Made by a program: the position numbers and the translations under genes. A model generated the notes under the pieces. That model saw nothing but the letters and a program-made list of their open reading frames with translations, had not been told where the DNA came from and made no database searches. From positions 18,211,151 through 18,275,150 of the forward strand of contig JAHRHZ010000271.1 in NCBI GenBank assembly GCA_024137785.1: DNA of 64,000 bases. The letters are read 5' to 3'. The DNA comes from Ginglymostoma cirratum. Its lineage: Eukaryota. This document shows positions 60,619 through 64,000 of this stretch, in pieces; within the stretch, counting starts at the first letter, position 1, and each line of letters starts with the position of its first letter.

Positions 60619-63498
60619 AAGTTTTCCTGCTCCTATGATGCTGCTTGACCTGCTGTGTTCATCCAGCCCCATGCTTGTTATCTCGGATTCTCCAGCATCT
60701 GCAGTACCTTTTATCTCTAGAAGCATTTCTGTTGGCCTGGATTATTTGAAGATATGGATGAATTTTGCCATACCTGTCATACGTGTTAGATGGTAGGAAA
60801 GCCACAGGATGTAATAAAACCAGTGCCTTTGATGCCAATTCCCACATTCGAAGAACTTTTCACGCGGGTTATGATCGATTGTGTAGGGCCCCTCCCTGAA
60901 AACAAAAGTGGGAACCAGTATTTGCTAACTATGATGGATGTGTCTACCAGGTTTTCAGAAGCAATTCCATTATGGAATGTCAAGACAAAAAAGTCGTGGA
61001 GGAGTTGCTTGCTTTCTTTACCCGTTATGGACTACTCCGACCAAGGGTCCAATTTTGCTGCCAGATTATTCAAGAAGGTCATGGATAGTTTAAGCGTCAA
61101 ACACTTTAAATCAAGTGCATACCACCCTGAATCCCAGGGAGTATTGAAAAGGTGGCATTAAACTCTAAAGACCATGCTGAGGGCTAATTGCCAGGATTAC
61201 ACAAATGATTAAGATAAAGGTATCCCGTTTACATTATTTGCTTTTAGAGGTGCTCTAAATAATGAATAAACTCTGTTTACTCCATTTGAATTGATATTCG
61301 AACATGAAGTAAGAGGGCCTTTAAAATTTATGAAGGAAAAGTTGACAGGTCCAAAGTCGGAGATCTCACAGTTGGATTATGTATCTGAGATGAGAGAAAG
61401 ATTAAACAGAATAGGTGAATTAGCTGGACAACATCTGAAGGTGGCATACCACATAATGAAGCAAGAAGCTGATAAGTTATCTAAAATTCGTACGTTTGTG
61501 CATGGGGGTAAAGTATTAATGCTGTTACCAGTGGTGGAAGACCCCTTCAAAACAAGGTTTAGTGGTCCTTAACAGATTGAGAAGAAGTTCAGTCAGGTGA
61601 ATTATCTGGTAAAGATGCGAGATAAGAGAAAAAAGAATCGGGTATGATGTGAACATGCTGAAACCTTACTATGACAGGAAAAGGGAACCGAAGAAACAGG
61701 TATTAGTTACGGCCACTCAGAGTGAGGAATCAAATCCAGATGATTTGGAATTTTATGTGCATCAGAATAAATTGAATAACGAAGAAGTCCTTAACAAATG
61801 GCATAGGGCAGTAAGCTATCTGTCTCAGGAACAGAGAACTGAATTGAAAGGCTTGGGGCAGCACTATGTGGACATATATAGAAATAGAATGGCAAAACCT
61901 GTACTATAGTACATGAGGTTAATGTAGGGAATGCTGTTCCGATAAAACAACATCCCTACAGGCTTAATCCTCTCAAAGGCGCACAGGTACAGATGGAAAT
62001 GGAAGCAATGCTCCATGAAGACAATATCGAGCCGAGTCAAAGCGAGTGGAGTTTGCCAATTGTGTTGGTTCCCAAACCTAATGGTACTCAGCGATTCTGC
62101 ATTGACTATTGGAAGGTCAATACCGTGACTAAATCAGATTCATACCCAATTCCCAAGGCTGGAGGACTGTGTGGAGAAAGTAGGACCAGTCATTTATAGT
62201 CCAAAGTTGGACTTACTCCATGTTTGCTGACAAGTACCTTTGTCGGAGAGAGCGAAAGATGTTTCTGATCTTGGAACCCCAGTTGGGTTATATGAATTTA
62301 AAGTAATGCCCTTTGAAATGAAGAATGCACCATTCATGTTTCAAAGACTTATGAACAGGGATGTGGGAGGACTGACTAATTGTGACTAATTCTGACTAGA
62401 TGACTTAGTGATCTTCAGCCATTCGCGGAAAGATCACATGGTGCATTTGGTTTAGCTTTTTGAGAGACTATGGAAGGCAAAGTTGGTCATAAATTTAGCA
62501 AAAACAGCATTTGCGAAAATGGAAGTGATGTTCTTAGGACACAGCATCGGATACAGATGGATGATACTGAGGAAGGTGAAAACGAAGGCCATTGAGGGAT
62601 TTGCCCATTCTCGAAGAAAGAGGTGCTATGATTTTTGGGGTTGAGTGGATTCTATGGGAAGTTTGTACTAAACTTTAGTAGTGTGGTCACACCGCTGGTG
62701 GATTCTTTTAAAGGAAATGAAATTTCGGTGGACAGAACAATGCCAGGAGGCATTTGAGAATTTAAAAGCAGTGTTAACCACCGCACCACTTTTAGCCACA
62801 CCAAATTTCTTGAACTCCTTTAAAGTAGTTATCAACGCAAGCAATGTAGGGGTTGGAGCTATGTTGTTACAGAAGGATGATTGAAGAATTGAAAAGCCAA
62901 TCAGTTCTTTTTCAAAGAAACTCATTATCCACCATAGAAAATATTTAACCGTTAAAATAGAGTTATTGAGTTCAGTCCTGGCCTTATAACATCTTAATGT
63001 TTATGTTGCAAACAATGTATCAGAAATGGTTGTGTACACTGATCACAACTCGTTGACATTTTTAGAAAAATTTAAAGTCTAGAACACCAGACTATTTCAT
63101 TGGAGTCATACGTTACATGCATTTAATTTACATTGTACAAGTTGAAGGTCATGAAAATATTGTTGTGGATGCGTTATCATGGGTTTAAAAGAAAAAATGT
63201 ATATATGACAGAAATGGTAGTGTTCAATGTTATATATGTATATAGAATTAGTACGAAGTGTGCAACTTTAGATTAATGACCAATGGATCTAATAATAATG
63301 GCATTAAGGCTTCGAAAAAATAAGTAAAAAATGGTGAAGCGATCTTTTCATCATGGTGGCTCATTTTTTATTAAGGAGGGAGGTGTTGCGAATTTGGGTA
63401 GAGTATTTGTGGATTGGAAAGGCAGGACATTGGAATTTGATGTTTGTAAAATGGTAGGGGGAAGAATGCATAGTCCTTTTAAAAGATGATGTGTTTTT

Positions 63499-64000
63499 AA
63501 GACCATAAGACATAGGGGCAGAAGTTAGGCCATTCGGCCCATCGAGTCTGCTCCACGATTTAATCATGGCTGATTGTTTCCTCAACCCCATTCTCCCACT
63601 TTCTCCCGTAACCCTTGATCCCCTTGATAATCAAGAAACTATCTATCTCACTCTTAAATGTACTGAATGACCTGGCCTCCACAGCCTTCTGTGGCAGTGA
63701 ATTCCATAGATTCGCCACTCTCAGGCTGAAGAAGTTTCTCCTTATCTCTGTTCTAAAGGGTCTTCCCTTTGGGTCCTAGTCTCTCCTACTAACGGAAGCA
63801 TCTTTCCAACACCCACTCAGTCAGGCCATTCAGTATTCTGTAAGTTTCAATTAGATCCCCCCTCATCCTTCTAAACCCCCATGAGTATAGTCCCAGAGTC
63901 CTCAAATATTGCTCATATGTTGAGCTTCTCATTCCTGGGAACATTCTTGTGAACCTCCTCTGAACCCACTCCAGGCCCAGTACATCCTTCCGGAGATATG
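63499..64000 (-). mobile_element. CR1 LINE 3' end inserted into the Gmr1 3' LTR, running off the window
   Basis: Tail cataagacataggggcagaagttaggccattcggcccatcgagtctgctcc. The minus strand encodes an NLWNSLPQKAVEA-type C-terminus. Confidence 0.88.

Larger units (their letters stand above)
59941..60717. mobile_element. Head-to-head Penelope-like insertion inside the Gmr1 element, with an assembly gap
   Basis: A minus-strand pLTR end lies at 59943-60001. The plus-strand pLTR at 60402-60717 is near-identical to 26911-27232. Confidence 0.88.
58843..63498 (+). mobile_element. Decayed Gmr1-like (Ty3/Gypsy) LTR retrotransposon: SCAN-like gag, CCHC knuckle, protease, integrase, RT, RNase H, PPT and start of the 3' LTR
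   Basis: SCAN-like FDRWIRAFKIEKTYDDLSDVILLEEFKNSLPEMIR; CFHCNRRGHTKSQC (59251-59292); protease LRDMGAGQSL (59518). Integrase IDCVGPLP...DQGSNF...SAYHPESQG (60790-61161) lies upstream of RT SEWSLPIVLVPKPNGTQRFCIDY (61993-) and the RNase H region. Pol stop at about 63189; PPT aaggagggagg 63373-63383, then TG at 63384. Confidence 0.92.

Noticed and set aside
1-64000. Prokaryotic-type systems (CRISPR arrays, operons, rRNA)
   Set aside because: The sequence is eukaryotic intron; I saw no regularly spaced repeat-spacer array, dense ORF packing or rRNA similarity.

Overview
This is AT-rich, CpG-depleted, repeat-dense vertebrate DNA. The repeat families (HE1-type V-SINEs, SacSINE1-like Deu-SINEs, CR1/HER1-type LINEs, Penelope-like elements) point to a cartilaginous fish, probably a shark (inference). 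The window appears to lie inside one + strand HMGA-family (AT-hook) gene. The only host coding sequence I can support is two separate 51-nt phase-0/0 exons about 19.8 kb apart, each encoding the third-AT-hook module: KSGGAGGTKPRGRPKKL (4981-5031, HMGA1-like) and KGETSGTKKPRGRPRKR (24798-24848, HMGA2-like). Canonical HMGA genes have one such exon, so this apparent duplication is the main finding, together with several weaker candidate terminal exons. The rest is intron filled with decayed transposons: young head-to-head Penelope-like insertions with target-site duplications (TSDs) and minimal hammerhead ribozymes, a Harbinger transposase relic, a SCAN-bearing Gmr1-type LTR retrotransposon, a solo LTR, an RTE relic, and a LINE that appears to start with a tRNA/Deu SINE head. 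Two 400-N assembly gaps fall inside Penelope fold-backs. Almost all ORFs in the supplied track are transposon fragments or chance ORFs. Repeat-family names come from recalled motifs rather than a database search, and the boundaries of old repeats are approximate.
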